A stretch of 64,000 nucleotides of DNA, from positions 1 through 64,000 of IMG/VR virus record IMGVR_UViG_3300005537_000023; one strand, given 5' to 3'. Positions 56,703-64,000 of this stretch are shown piece after piece (the stretch's first letter is position 1; every line of letters begins with the position of its first letter). The notes under the pieces were generated by a model. That model was not told the DNA's origin. It was given only the letters and a program-made list of their open reading frames with translations, and ran no database searches. The position numbers and the translations under genes were made by a program. This DNA is from a virus.

Positions 56703-57568
56703 GTCCGCTTTCCTTTCTTCGTCTCCCTGAGATCGAATGCCCGAAACGGTGCCCGCTCGTACGCTTCCACGCGCGAAGCCTCTCGCCAGCGCCACGTCGC
56801 GCGCCAGCCGTCACCCTCGATGCCGTCGTGCTCGCCGATGGCGGCGCACATCTGCGCCTTGGCCTTCTCCATCATGGCCTCCGCGTCCGCCTTGGCGCCC
56901 TTCGCGAAGTTGTAGACGCGCGCCCACTCGGCCAATTCACTCGGCGCCGGCACAATGTCCCCGCGAGACTTCTGGAAGAGGGCCTGTAACGCCTTCGCCG
57001 TCGTCCTGTCGTCCACCGGCGGCGGACTGTCGGCGAGGACGTGATCCACGTGGAAGCGGCGCACCACGTCCAGCACGGCGGATTCCAACTCCACATCGCG
57101 ATCGATCGTGAAGTGCCGGAAGTCTGTCCCGCCGATGAAGGCGGCCACGTAGCCCTTCTCCGCGTTGGTGCACGCGATCTGCGTCACCACCTGCACCAGC
57201 ACGTAATCCGGCACGCCGCCATCCCAGTGGTGAGCCTGACGCGCTCCCACGAGCTTGCATTCGAGGACGGCGGACTCGCCGAGTACGACGCGATCGGGCG
57301 TGGCGCAGATACAGTCATGCAGCGGGTGGACGACTGTGCCGCGGTACTCCACCGGCTTGCCCGTCTCGGCGCACCAAGCATCGACGATCGAGGCTTCCCA
57401 GCGGTGCCCGTGGCGCATCGCGGGCGAATCCTCGCGCATGGCGCGGCCGGTGAGCGTGAGGAAGGCATCGAGAGGGCCGGCCCATGGACTCACGCCAACG
57501 ATAGCGGGGACGAGCGAGGCGCCGATGCGGCCGGCGCGCAGGGCGAGATCGGATGCAGAAAGCGTCAT
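56699..57568 (-). CDS. YqaJ/lambda-type exonuclease
   Basis: IGAS...GVSPW, GHRWE, ATPD, LECK, YVLVQV..Q. Confidence 0.9.
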   Translation of the reverse strand: MTLSASDLALRAGRIGASLVPAIVGVSPWAGPLDAFLTLTGRAMREDSPAMRHGHRWEASIVDAWCAETGKPVEYRGTVVHPLHDCICATPDRVVLGESAVLECKLVGARQAHHWDGGVPDYVLVQVVTQIACTNAEKGYVAAFIGGTDFRHFTIDRDVELESAVLDVVRRFHVDHVLADSPPPVDDRTTAKALQALFQKSRGDIVPAPSELAEWARVYNFAKGAKADAEAMMEKAKAQMCAAIGEHDGIEGDGWRATWRWREASRVEAYERAPFRAFDLRETKKGKRT

Positions 57569-57879
57569 CGCTTCACCACCCAATACGCAACCGCACTCCT
57601 ACCTGAGCGCGTCGTCCGCCGCCCACGCCCCTCTATCAGGCCCCCGTTGGCCAATTCGTTGACTCGCGCCGACGCCGTTTGATGGCGCATGTCCAAAATT
57701 CTTTCAATGTCGTCACTCGTGGTGCCGTTGCCGATGAAACTGCGCGCGGCGATCAGGTTGTAGACTTTCGCGCGCAGCCCCTTCAGCGTCTCCGGCGTCA
57801 GCGATTCCGCCGCTTCCTTTGACGTCGGGGTGCCGTTGTGGGGTGCGTCGCCCATGTCTGCGAGGTTGGGATCGCTCAC
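57565..57879 (-). CDS. winged-helix protein
   Basis: TSKEAA...TSDDIE...HQTASARVNEL...TRSGRSA. Confidence 0.75.
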   Translation of the reverse strand: MSDPNLADMGDAPHNGTPTSKEAAESLTPETLKGLRAKVYNLIAARSFIGNGTTSDDIERILDMRHQTASARVNELANGGLIEGRGRRTTRSGRSAVAYWVVKR

Positions 57880-58610
57880 GACGTCACCTCCACGAGGTTC
57901 CCCTTCTCGTCCGCGCGATACTTCACATTGGGCTTGATGCCGTTTTCGCCGACATATCCAACGGCGAGCCGGTACCGCGTGCCGTCGTACCAGCGGATGC
58001 GGAGTTCGCCGCCGTCGCCGCTCGTCGAGGTGCCGCGGTCGCCGCTCGTCGAGGTGCCGCCGTCGCCGCTCGTCGAGGTGCCGCGGACGCCGCTCGTCGA
58101 GGTGCCGCCGTCGCCGCTCGTCGAGGTGCCGCCGTAGCCGCTCGTCGAGGTGCCGCCGTCGCCGCTCGTCGAGGTGCCGCCGTAGCCGCTCGTCGAGGTG
58201 CCGCCGTCGCCGCTCGCTACGGTTGCTCCATGCACCGCATGCCCCGCCTCGCCGTACTGGACGAGATACGACGTCGCTGTCAGCCGGTCCCCGCAGCACA
58301 ACACCTCGCCGCGCGGAAACTTCACCTTCGCATCGTCGATCTTGACGACTTCATCCGCACGCACCTTGACCACGAGCCACTTGGCGTCGTCGCTCCAATT
58401 CATCAGAGACGCGTCGCCCTCGCCCCAAAGCAAACCGTGCAACCCATTGCCGCACGTGGGCGTCGGCTTCCAATCCTTACACTGGACGCGACCTTTCTTC
58501 GGCCACTTGAATCCGCCATGACTCGTCATGTCCGCGGCGCAGGTGCGGAGGATGAGGACGTAACGCGGCGCTGGCTTCTTCTTCGCCCGCGCCCTCTTCT
58601 TCGTTGCCAT
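57876..58610 (-). CDS. phage protein with octapeptide (GxGGTSTS) repeats
   Basis: CGNGLHG N-domain plus ice-nucleation-like 8-aa periodicity. Confidence 0.8.
   Translation of the reverse strand: MATKKRARAKKKPAPRYVLILRTCAADMTSHGGFKWPKKGRVQCKDWKPTPTCGNGLHGLLWGEGDASLMNWSDDAKWLVVKVRADEVVKIDDAKVKFPRGEVLCCGDRLTATSYLVQYGEAGHAVHGATVASGDGGTSTSGYGGTSTSGDGGTSTSGYGGTSTSGDGGTSTSGVRGTSTSGDGGTSTSGDRGTSTSGDGGELRIRWYDGTRYRLAVGYVGENGIKPNVKYRADEKGNLVEVTS
58008..58216. repeat. 24-bp coding tandem repeat, ~8.5 copies
   Basis: GCCGCTCGTCGAGGTGCCGCCGTC units with no spacers. Confidence 0.9.
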
Positions 58611-58996
58611 CACTTCACCTCGCTTCCGCGGTAGTCTTTCGGATCGGGGGCGGCCTTGTAGGCGGCGGCCTTGGCCTTCGCTGCCTCTTTCGCGGCCAAC
58701 GCGCTGGCCTCGCGCCATGTGATGATTTTCTCCGTGGCCATCTTGGAAAGCAGGGCTGGCAGCGCCAGCGGCCAGCCAGCCATCGCCGTCCTCCTCCTCC
58801 ATGTGCGTCTCGCCGCGCATCGCCGTCACTTCGGCCACGGCCCTGTCAATGCGCGCCTCCACCGCGGGGTTGATTAGAGCGCCCCTTCGCTGCCAGTTGC
58901 GCAGCTGCGGCGGCGTCGCGTTGGCGCGGGCGCAGACAAGGGCGAATTCCTCGCGCGTCAAGTAGCGGCCAGCGAGGGGGCTGCGGGGGAGGGGCA

Positions 58997-59260
58997 TTAC
59001 TTGCGCGCCTCCCACGCGTGGACGAGATCGGCGAGGACGGCGATTGGGATGAGGGCCGTTTGAGAGGGATCTTTCGCCGTGTCTTCTTCCACGGCGATGT
59101 CCACCTCAACCTCGCCGTCCTCGTCCAGCGCGACGAAAACGCGGTTGTACGAGGTGTCGTGGGATTCGCCAGATCCGTAGGGCCCTCGCCACATCACGCG
59201 GTGCCGATCCGCGCTGCGCTTCCACCCCTCGACGGCGGGCAGGGTGTACTCACTCGCCAT
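58997..59260 (-). CDS. hypothetical protein
   Basis: ORF in operon. Confidence 0.5.
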   Translation of the reverse strand: MASEYTLPAVEGWKRSADRHRVMWRGPYGSGESHDTSYNRVFVALDEDGEVEVDIAVEEDTAKDPSQTALIPIAVLADLVHAWEARK

Positions 59261-59453
59261 CGCCGTGCCCCTCCGCCTCACCACAGTCATTCGCCGGCGC
59301 CGGCATCGTGTCCCGAAGCGCATCCTCCATGTCCGCCCTCTCCGATTCGACGAGGAGGGCCGCCGCGACGGCCAAGGCTTTTTCGGACGCGTGGCTGGTG
59401 AATGCGTCGGCGTGCAGTCTGCCGTGGAGGTCGTCGTCGAAGGTGCGGGGCAT
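59250..59453 (-). CDS. hypothetical protein, first gene of the leftward operon
   Basis: SD AAAGGAG. Confidence 0.55.
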   Translation of the reverse strand: MPRTFDDDLHGRLHADAFTSHASEKALAVAAALLVESERADMEDALRDTMPAPANDCGEAEGHGDGE

Positions 59454-59477
59454 GGGGGCTCCTTTCGGGGTGGCTGC

Positions 59478-59592
59478 GATACTGCGCGCCTGTCAGACGT
59501 CTGTCAAGTGGACAGATTCACCCGGCCGCGCAGATTTATTTTCGGTTGAACGCGCGAGGGCCCTTGACTGTCTGACTCGGGGCCAGTACAAG
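59478..59592. promoter_or_regulatory. divergent sigma70-like promoters with shared GTCTGAC operator half-sites
   Basis: leftward TTGACA (59502-59507) and rightward TTGACT (59564), each followed by GTCTGAC; palindrome CAGACGTCTG. Confidence 0.65.
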
Positions 59593-59601
59593 AGGCGTTG
59601 C

Positions 59602-59799
59602 ATGAAGAAATCACCAGGCATGCGGTTGGCGGAGGCGATCAAGGCGAGGGGCCTCACGCACGAGAAAGTGGAGAGAGCGTTGCGCGTTTCGCGCGGCGTC
59701 GTCAGTCGCTGGATCCATGGCGACAGGCGGCCGACGATTGAGAATGCGCTGCGCCTGCGAAAACGCTTCGGCATCGAGGTGGAGGCGTGGGCGGCATGA
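59602..59799 (+). CDS. Cro-like XRE HTH protein
   Basis: GLTHEKVERALRVSRGVVSRWIHGDRRP. Confidence 0.85.
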   Translation: MKKSPGMRLAEAIKARGLTHEKVERALRVSRGVVSRWIHGDRRPTIENALRLRKRFGIEVEAWAA

Positions 59800-59969
59800 C
59801 GACTCAACCGAAAACCTGGACGTACTACGAGGTGCGCACACGCGATCGCCTGCACTTCGAGACGCTGTACCTGAACCACGCGCAAGGCTTCGTAAAGGAA
59901 CGTTTCGAGGCCACTGGTGAAATCGCCGAAATCTTCGCGGTCGACAGGGCCGCCGGAAAGGACACGTGA
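59796..59969 (+). CDS. hypothetical protein
   Basis: ATGA coupling. Confidence 0.5.
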   Translation: MTTQPKTWTYYEVRTRDRLHFETLYLNHAQGFVKERFEATGEIAEIFAVDRAAGKDT

Positions 59970-59970
59970 C

Positions 59971-60222
59971 ATGCCCCCCAACATCAACAGCCTGGCCCAA
60001 TTGATGACGGACATTTCCAACATCAAAGCGCAACTCACCACCGTCGAAAGCCGCCTCACCACCGTGGAAGGGCAGGTGGCCACCGCCGCGAAGAACGCCG
60101 AGATCGAGCGACTGAACGCCCTCGTTGCCACCCTCCGCGCCGATCTCGACGCCGTCCGCGAGGCCACCAGCGGCTTCGGGGTGAGGCTGACGGCGGTGGA
60201 GAAGAAAGGGAAGGGCAAATGA
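59971..60222 (+). CDS. coiled-coil protein
   Basis: LTTVE heptads. Confidence 0.65.
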   Translation: MPPNINSLAQLMTDISNIKAQLTTVESRLTTVEGQVATAAKNAEIERLNALVATLRADLDAVREATSGFGVRLTAVEKKGKGK

Positions 60223-60530
60223 GCGCCAAGGGCAAGCCGGACGGCAAGCGCGCCGTCCTCATCACCGACACGCATCGCGGCATCTACTTCGGCTACCTCG
60301 TGGAGGAGTTGGAGGGCGGGAATGCGGTGCGCCTCGAAAACGCGCGCCACTGCTGGTCGTACGTCTGCCTCCCCGATCATCCTGGCGTGTACGGACTTGC
60401 GTCCGGTGGCCCCGGCCCTGGCAGCCGCATCGGCCCACGATGGAATGGCAAGGTGCGCGACGTCTCCAAAGTCGTCGACGTCAGCGCGTCCGCCGTCGCC
60501 AAGTGGGAGGCCGCGGAGTGGAAGCGGTAA
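60219..60530 (+). CDS. conserved phage Sm-like protein
   Basis: VLITDTHRGIYFGY...VRLENAR..W...GLASGGP. Confidence 0.75.
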   Translation: MSAKGKPDGKRAVLITDTHRGIYFGYLVEELEGGNAVRLENARHCWSYVCLPDHPGVYGLASGGPGPGSRIGPRWNGKVRDVSKVVDVSASAVAKWEAAEWKR

Positions 60531-61054
60531 ACCGGAAAGTCATCTCGGCTGGCGACGGCGGCGGCGACGGCGGCGGCGACGGCGGCGGCGGCGGCTACGG
60601 CGACGGCGGCGGCTACGGCGGCGGCGACGGCTACGGCGACGGCGACGGCGACGGCTACGGCGACGGCGACGGCGGCGGCGACGGCTACGGCGACGGCGGC
60701 GGCTACGGCGACGGCGGCGGCTACGGCGGCGGCGGCGGCTACGGCGGCGGCGGCGAGATCGAGGTTGAAGAATCGCAACCAATCGCCGCCTATCACTTCG
60801 TCCCCAAAAATGGCCTACTCCGCCATGCCCACGGCGGCCAGCGCCCGAAGGCGGAGGTGGGCCTCGTGCTGCGGTGGGAAAGCGAGTTGTCCATGTGCTC
60901 GGCCGGCCTGCACGCCTCACTCGAAATCGAACAAGCGCGCAGGTACTGCAACGGTATCCTCACCCGCGTTGCCTGCTACGGCCGCATTCGCTTCGGCGAA
61001 GACAAGCTGGTTTGCCAGGTGCGCGAGGTGATTGAAGTGCTGGGCGAGGTCTGA
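60518..61054 (+). CDS. Gly/Asp/Tyr-repeat phage protein
   Basis: GDG/GYG repeats then a CSAGLHAS domain. Confidence 0.7.
   Translation: MEAVNRKVISAGDGGGDGGGDGGGGGYGDGGGYGGGDGYGDGDGDGYGDGDGGGDGYGDGGGYGDGGGYGGGGGYGGGGEIEVEESQPIAAYHFVPKNGLLRHAHGGQRPKAEVGLVLRWESELSMCSAGLHASLEIEQARRYCNGILTRVACYGRIRFGEDKLVCQVREVIEVLGEV
60551..60753. repeat. GGC-rich coding low-complexity repeat
   Basis: GGCGAC/GGCTAC/GGCGGC units. Confidence 0.85.
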
Positions 61055-61058
61055 CGCC

Positions 61059-61547
61059 ATGCCTCACCGCCACGCCACCCCCAACCCCGCCGATCCGCGC
61101 TACCCCGACATGCTGGCCAAGCGCGCCAGCGGCCTCACCATGCAGGCCATCGGCGCCGAGTACGGCATCTCACGGGAGAGGGTGCGGCAGATCATCGGCA
61201 ACCAAGGGTATCTGCCGCCCGAGGACTGGACGGGGCGGAAGCGCCGATGGCTGACGGTGATCGATGGCACCACCTCTCCGCGCATCACTGTCCAGTGCAA
61301 GTGCGGGACGGTAAAGGAGGTGAGGCGCGGCAACTTCATGCATCCTCGCGCGTGGTCGTGCGGCTGCTACCAACGGAAGGTGGTGGGCGCCCTTCGCCGG
61401 AAGCTTTCGGACGCCGACGTGCGGCGACTGCGGCGCTGGCGCGACAACGGATGGACGTTCAAGGCGCTCGCGGCGCACTTCGGGATTAGTCACATGTACG
61501 CATGGCAACTTTACAATCGATGGCATGGAAGGAGGGCCGGGGCATGA
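61059..61547 (+). CDS. HTH/Zn DNA-binding protein built from homing-endonuclease-type modules
   Basis: GISRERVRQI; QCKCG...SCGC; KLSDADVR...AAHFGIS. Confidence 0.7.
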   Translation: MPHRHATPNPADPRYPDMLAKRASGLTMQAIGAEYGISRERVRQIIGNQGYLPPEDWTGRKRRWLTVIDGTTSPRITVQCKCGTVKEVRRGNFMHPRAWSCGCYQRKVVGALRRKLSDADVRRLRRWRDNGWTFKALAAHFGISHMYAWQLYNRWHGRRAGA

Positions 61548-63544
61548 CTGACCTAGAGGCCTATCGCGCGTTCATTGCGCGGAAGCTTGCGACGGCGCCC
61601 GTCGAAGGCATCCCCAACCACGGCCCCATCTCGCCGCTACTCTTTCCGCACCAACGGACGATGGTGGACGTGGCGTTGCGGAAGGGACGATTCGCGCTCT
61701 TCCACGACACAGGGCTGGGCAAAGGGTGGCAAATCCTCGAATGGGCGCGGCTCGTTGGCGAGCACACCGGCAAGCCCGTGCTCGTCCTAGCGCCGCTCGC
61801 CGTCGCCCGGCAATTCGAGCGCGAGGCCGCCAAACTCGGGACGGCCGTGCGCATCGTCTCGTCCGCCGCCGACGTCGGGCCTGGCATCAACGTCACCAAC
61901 TACCACAAGCTGCACAAATTCGACGTATCGGTCTTCTCGGGCGTGGCGCTGGACGAGTCCTCGATCTTGAAGTCTTTCGACGGCACGACACGCACGGCCT
62001 TGATCGAAGCCTTCGCCAACACGCCGTACCGACTTTGCGCGACGGCGACGCCTTCGCCCAACGATCACACGGAGTTGGGCAATCACGGCATGTTTCTCGG
62101 CGTCATGTCGTACGCGGAGATGCTGTCCATGTTTTTCGTGCACGACGGCAGTAGCAGCGCGTCGACGGGCGGATGGAGGTTGAAGGGGCACGCGCGCGAC
62201 GTTTTCTGGCGATGGGTTGCGACGTGGGCGGCAAGCCTTCGCCGTCCGTCGGACCTTGGATTCGCTGACGACGGCTACGACCTCCCGCCGATGACTTTCC
62301 ACGAGCACGTCATCCCCGGCGATTTGAAGCAGGCGCACGCGTCCGGCGCGCTATTCGTCACCGCCGCGTCCACGCTCGCAGAGCAACGCGCGGCACGGCG
62401 CGGGACGTTGGACGCACGCGTGGCGAAGTGCGCGGAGATCGTTGCCGCGGAACCGGACCAAGATTTTCTGATATGGGTGGACCTGAATGACGAGGGCGAC
62501 GCGATTGAAGCAGCCGTGCCTGGCGCCGTCCAAGTGTCTGGTTCTGACGACGACGATTTCAAGGTATCGGCCGCCGAGTGGTTTTCTGGAGGTTGCGCGT
62601 GTCCGTGCGGAAAAACTACTGGAACGAGCGATATCACTCGGATGAGGACTGGCGACGCGAGCGCATCGCAAAATCCAAGCAGAGATGGGAGTCGCTTCCA
62701 ATCGACGCGAGACGCAAATATCAGCGAGAGTACATGCGTGAGTACTCCAAGCGACCAGACGTCATCGCCAAACGCGCGGCCAAGCGACTTGAACGACTCG
62801 CCAAGCGACGCCAGCAGTACGCGTCCGACCCATCGCTCAGGGAGCGGTACCGACGATACGCCAAAGAATGGGCGGCAAAAAACCCGGACAAGCGTGAGGA
62901 GTGGAGGCTCAGCGCCTACGGACTCACTCAACCACAATGGGACGCCATGCTCGCCAAGCAGGGCGGGTGTTGCGCAATCTGCGGAAGGGCTAACGGGACA
63001 GAGCGTACCAGACTATCCAGGAACGGCCGTAGACGGTTGCATATCGACCACTGCCACGCGACCGGAATCGTGCGTGGACTCCTTTGCGGGCCATGCAATC
63101 TTGGGATCGGGTACTTCTCTGACGACATCGGCAAGCTCAGAAAGGCGATTCTGTACCTGCGGAAGGCCTCTCGGAGGAAGAAAGGTGCTCGTCTCTAAGA
63201 GTGCGATTTTTGGCTTTGGGCTTAACTTCCAGACTTGCTCGCGCGTCGTCTTCTGCGGCGTCTCTCACAGTTTCGAGGGGTGGTACCAGGCCATTCGCCG
63301 CGTGTGGCGATTCGGCCAGCGCAACCCCGTCAACGTGCACATGGTCACGAGCGAGTTGGAGGGGCGTGTCGTGGAAAACCTGAAACGGAAGCAGCGCGAC
63401 GCGGAGGACATGGCGCAGTCCATGGTGGCTGCGATGGCGGACTTCTGTCGCGCGGAGATTGGTGCGACGCAGAGGCAGACGATCGACTACAGCCCGACGG
63501 TACCCATGAGGGTGCCGGCGTGGTTGAGGACGGAGGGGACGTGA
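61544..63544 (+). CDS. SNF2-family helicase with a 195-codon in-frame insertion
   Basis: DTGLGKG, LDESSILK, TATPSPND, GFGLNFQ, YQAIRRVWRFGQ. Confidence 0.9.
   Translation: MTDLEAYRAFIARKLATAPVEGIPNHGPISPLLFPHQRTMVDVALRKGRFALFHDTGLGKGWQILEWARLVGEHTGKPVLVLAPLAVARQFEREAAKLGTAVRIVSSAADVGPGINVTNYHKLHKFDVSVFSGVALDESSILKSFDGTTRTALIEAFANTPYRLCATATPSPNDHTELGNHGMFLGVMSYAEMLSMFFVHDGSSSASTGGWRLKGHARDVFWRWVATWAASLRRPSDLGFADDGYDLPPMTFHEHVIPGDLKQAHASGALFVTAASTLAEQRAARRGTLDARVAKCAEIVAAEPDQDFLIWVDLNDEGDAIEAAVPGAVQVSGSDDDDFKVSAAEWFSGGCACPCGKTTGTSDITRMRTGDASASQNPSRDGSRFQSTRDANISESTCVSTPSDQTSSPNARPSDLNDSPSDASSTRPTHRSGSGTDDTPKNGRQKTRTSVRSGGSAPTDSLNHNGTPCSPSRAGVAQSAEGLTGQSVPDYPGTAVDGCISTTATRPESCVDSFAGHAILGSGTSLTTSASSERRFCTCGRPLGGRKVLVSKSAIFGFGLNFQTCSRVVFCGVSHSFEGWYQAIRRVWRFGQRNPVNVHMVTSELEGRVVENLKRKQRDAEDMAQSMVAAMADFCRAEIGATQRQTIDYSPTVPMRVPAWLRTEGT
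62599..63198 (+). CDS. recombination endonuclease VII-like homing endonuclease, nested in another frame
   Basis: SD GGAGG at 62588; YGLT...QGGCCAIC...LHIDHCH.TG.VRGLLC..CN..IG. Confidence 0.9.
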   Translation: MSVRKNYWNERYHSDEDWRRERIAKSKQRWESLPIDARRKYQREYMREYSKRPDVIAKRAAKRLERLAKRRQQYASDPSLRERYRRYAKEWAAKNPDKREEWRLSAYGLTQPQWDAMLAKQGGCCAICGRANGTERTRLSRNGRRRLHIDHCHATGIVRGLLCGPCNLGIGYFSDDIGKLRKAILYLRKASRRKKGARL

Positions 63545-64000
63545 GCGATCTTGCGGCACGCCCAACGTTGCTAGTCTCCGTGGAGAAGGCGCGCGATCTG
63601 CTGGCCAAGGCGCGCACGTTCGATGACGTGAAACGCGTGCGCGATGTCGCCGTGGCGATGCGTGCGTACGCTAGGACGCAGAAGGCCGGCCGGGAGATCG
63701 CACTCGACGCAGCCGAGATAGTCTTCCGCGCCGACGCGCGCATGGGGGAGTTGGCGAGGGGGTTGGCGAAGGTGCCGGCGGGACGTGAAAAGAATAGGTC
63801 CGGCCCTCGGACCAATTCCAAGCTCGCCACCCTCGCCGACCTCGGGGTGACGAAGCAGAGGGCGAGCGAGCAGCAGCGGGTGGCGTCCATGGGCGAGGAC
63901 GTGTGGGAGAAATACCTGCGCGCGTGCCGCGGAGAAGGCCGTGCTCCAGTGACATCCGAAGCGGCCAAGATTGCAGCGATGCCCCCGCGCGCGATGACCA
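63541..64000 (+). CDS. partial ORF resembling N-terminal domains of phage DNA methyltransferases
   Basis: RADARMGEL...TLADLGVTKQRAS..QRVA; runs off the window. Confidence 0.55.
   Translation, partial: MSDLAARPTLLVSVEKARDLLAKARTFDDVKRVRDVAVAMRAYARTQKAGREIALDAAEIVFRADARMGELARGLAKVPAGREKNRSGPRTNSKLATLADLGVTKQRASEQQRVASMGEDVWEKYLRACRGEGRAPVTSEAAKIAAMPPRAMT

Noticed and set aside
58008-58216. 24-bp repeats as a CRISPR array
   Set aside because: Head-to-tail with no unique spacers, in frame within a protein, and no cas genes.
62588-63172. Helicase insert as an intein
   Set aside because: No Hint blocks or terminal HN followed by C/S/T; the nuclease is in a different frame.
1-64000. tRNA, rRNA or autonomous IS transposase genes
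   Set aside because: None recognisable by eye; tRNAscan-SE, Infernal and ISEScan would be needed to exclude them.

Overview
GC-rich, gene-dense bacteriophage DNA with no host housekeeping genes. It probably covers most of a temperate or plasmid-like phage genome; a myxobacterial host is inferred from GC content and a Cys-rich low-complexity lipoprotein. Layout: small accessory and regulatory genes (1-8.2 kb); a minus-strand fibre-accessory block (8.2-12.2 kb); a ~31 kb plus-strand virion/lysis operon (12.3-43.9 kb); a mostly minus-strand early operon (43.9-59.5 kb) with tyrosine recombinase, GHKL ATPase, YqaJ exonuclease and a putative annealing protein; a divergent switch with a Cro-like gene; and a SNF2 helicase at the right end. 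I recognise no terminase, portal, HK97 capsid or tape measure in the virion operon. Instead it has paralogous single-jelly-roll-like proteins, many membrane-anchored proteins, a duplicated transglutaminase-like Cys enzyme, and at least 8 proteins sharing an N-terminal 'RPR...VxVG|A/D' leader. This suggests a tailless, membrane-containing virus with a leader-directed maturation or cargo-loading system. Other unusual elements are an Endo VII-type endonuclease nested in another frame inside the unbroken helicase ORF, a transposase-less 709-bp TIR/TSD cassette carrying a cupin gene inside an HNH gene, an HNH intein in a metallopeptidase-like gene, a ~53-bp micro-inversion, an 8-bp duplication frameshift and a G10 frameshift. 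All family assignments come from reading motifs by eye; no searches were run.
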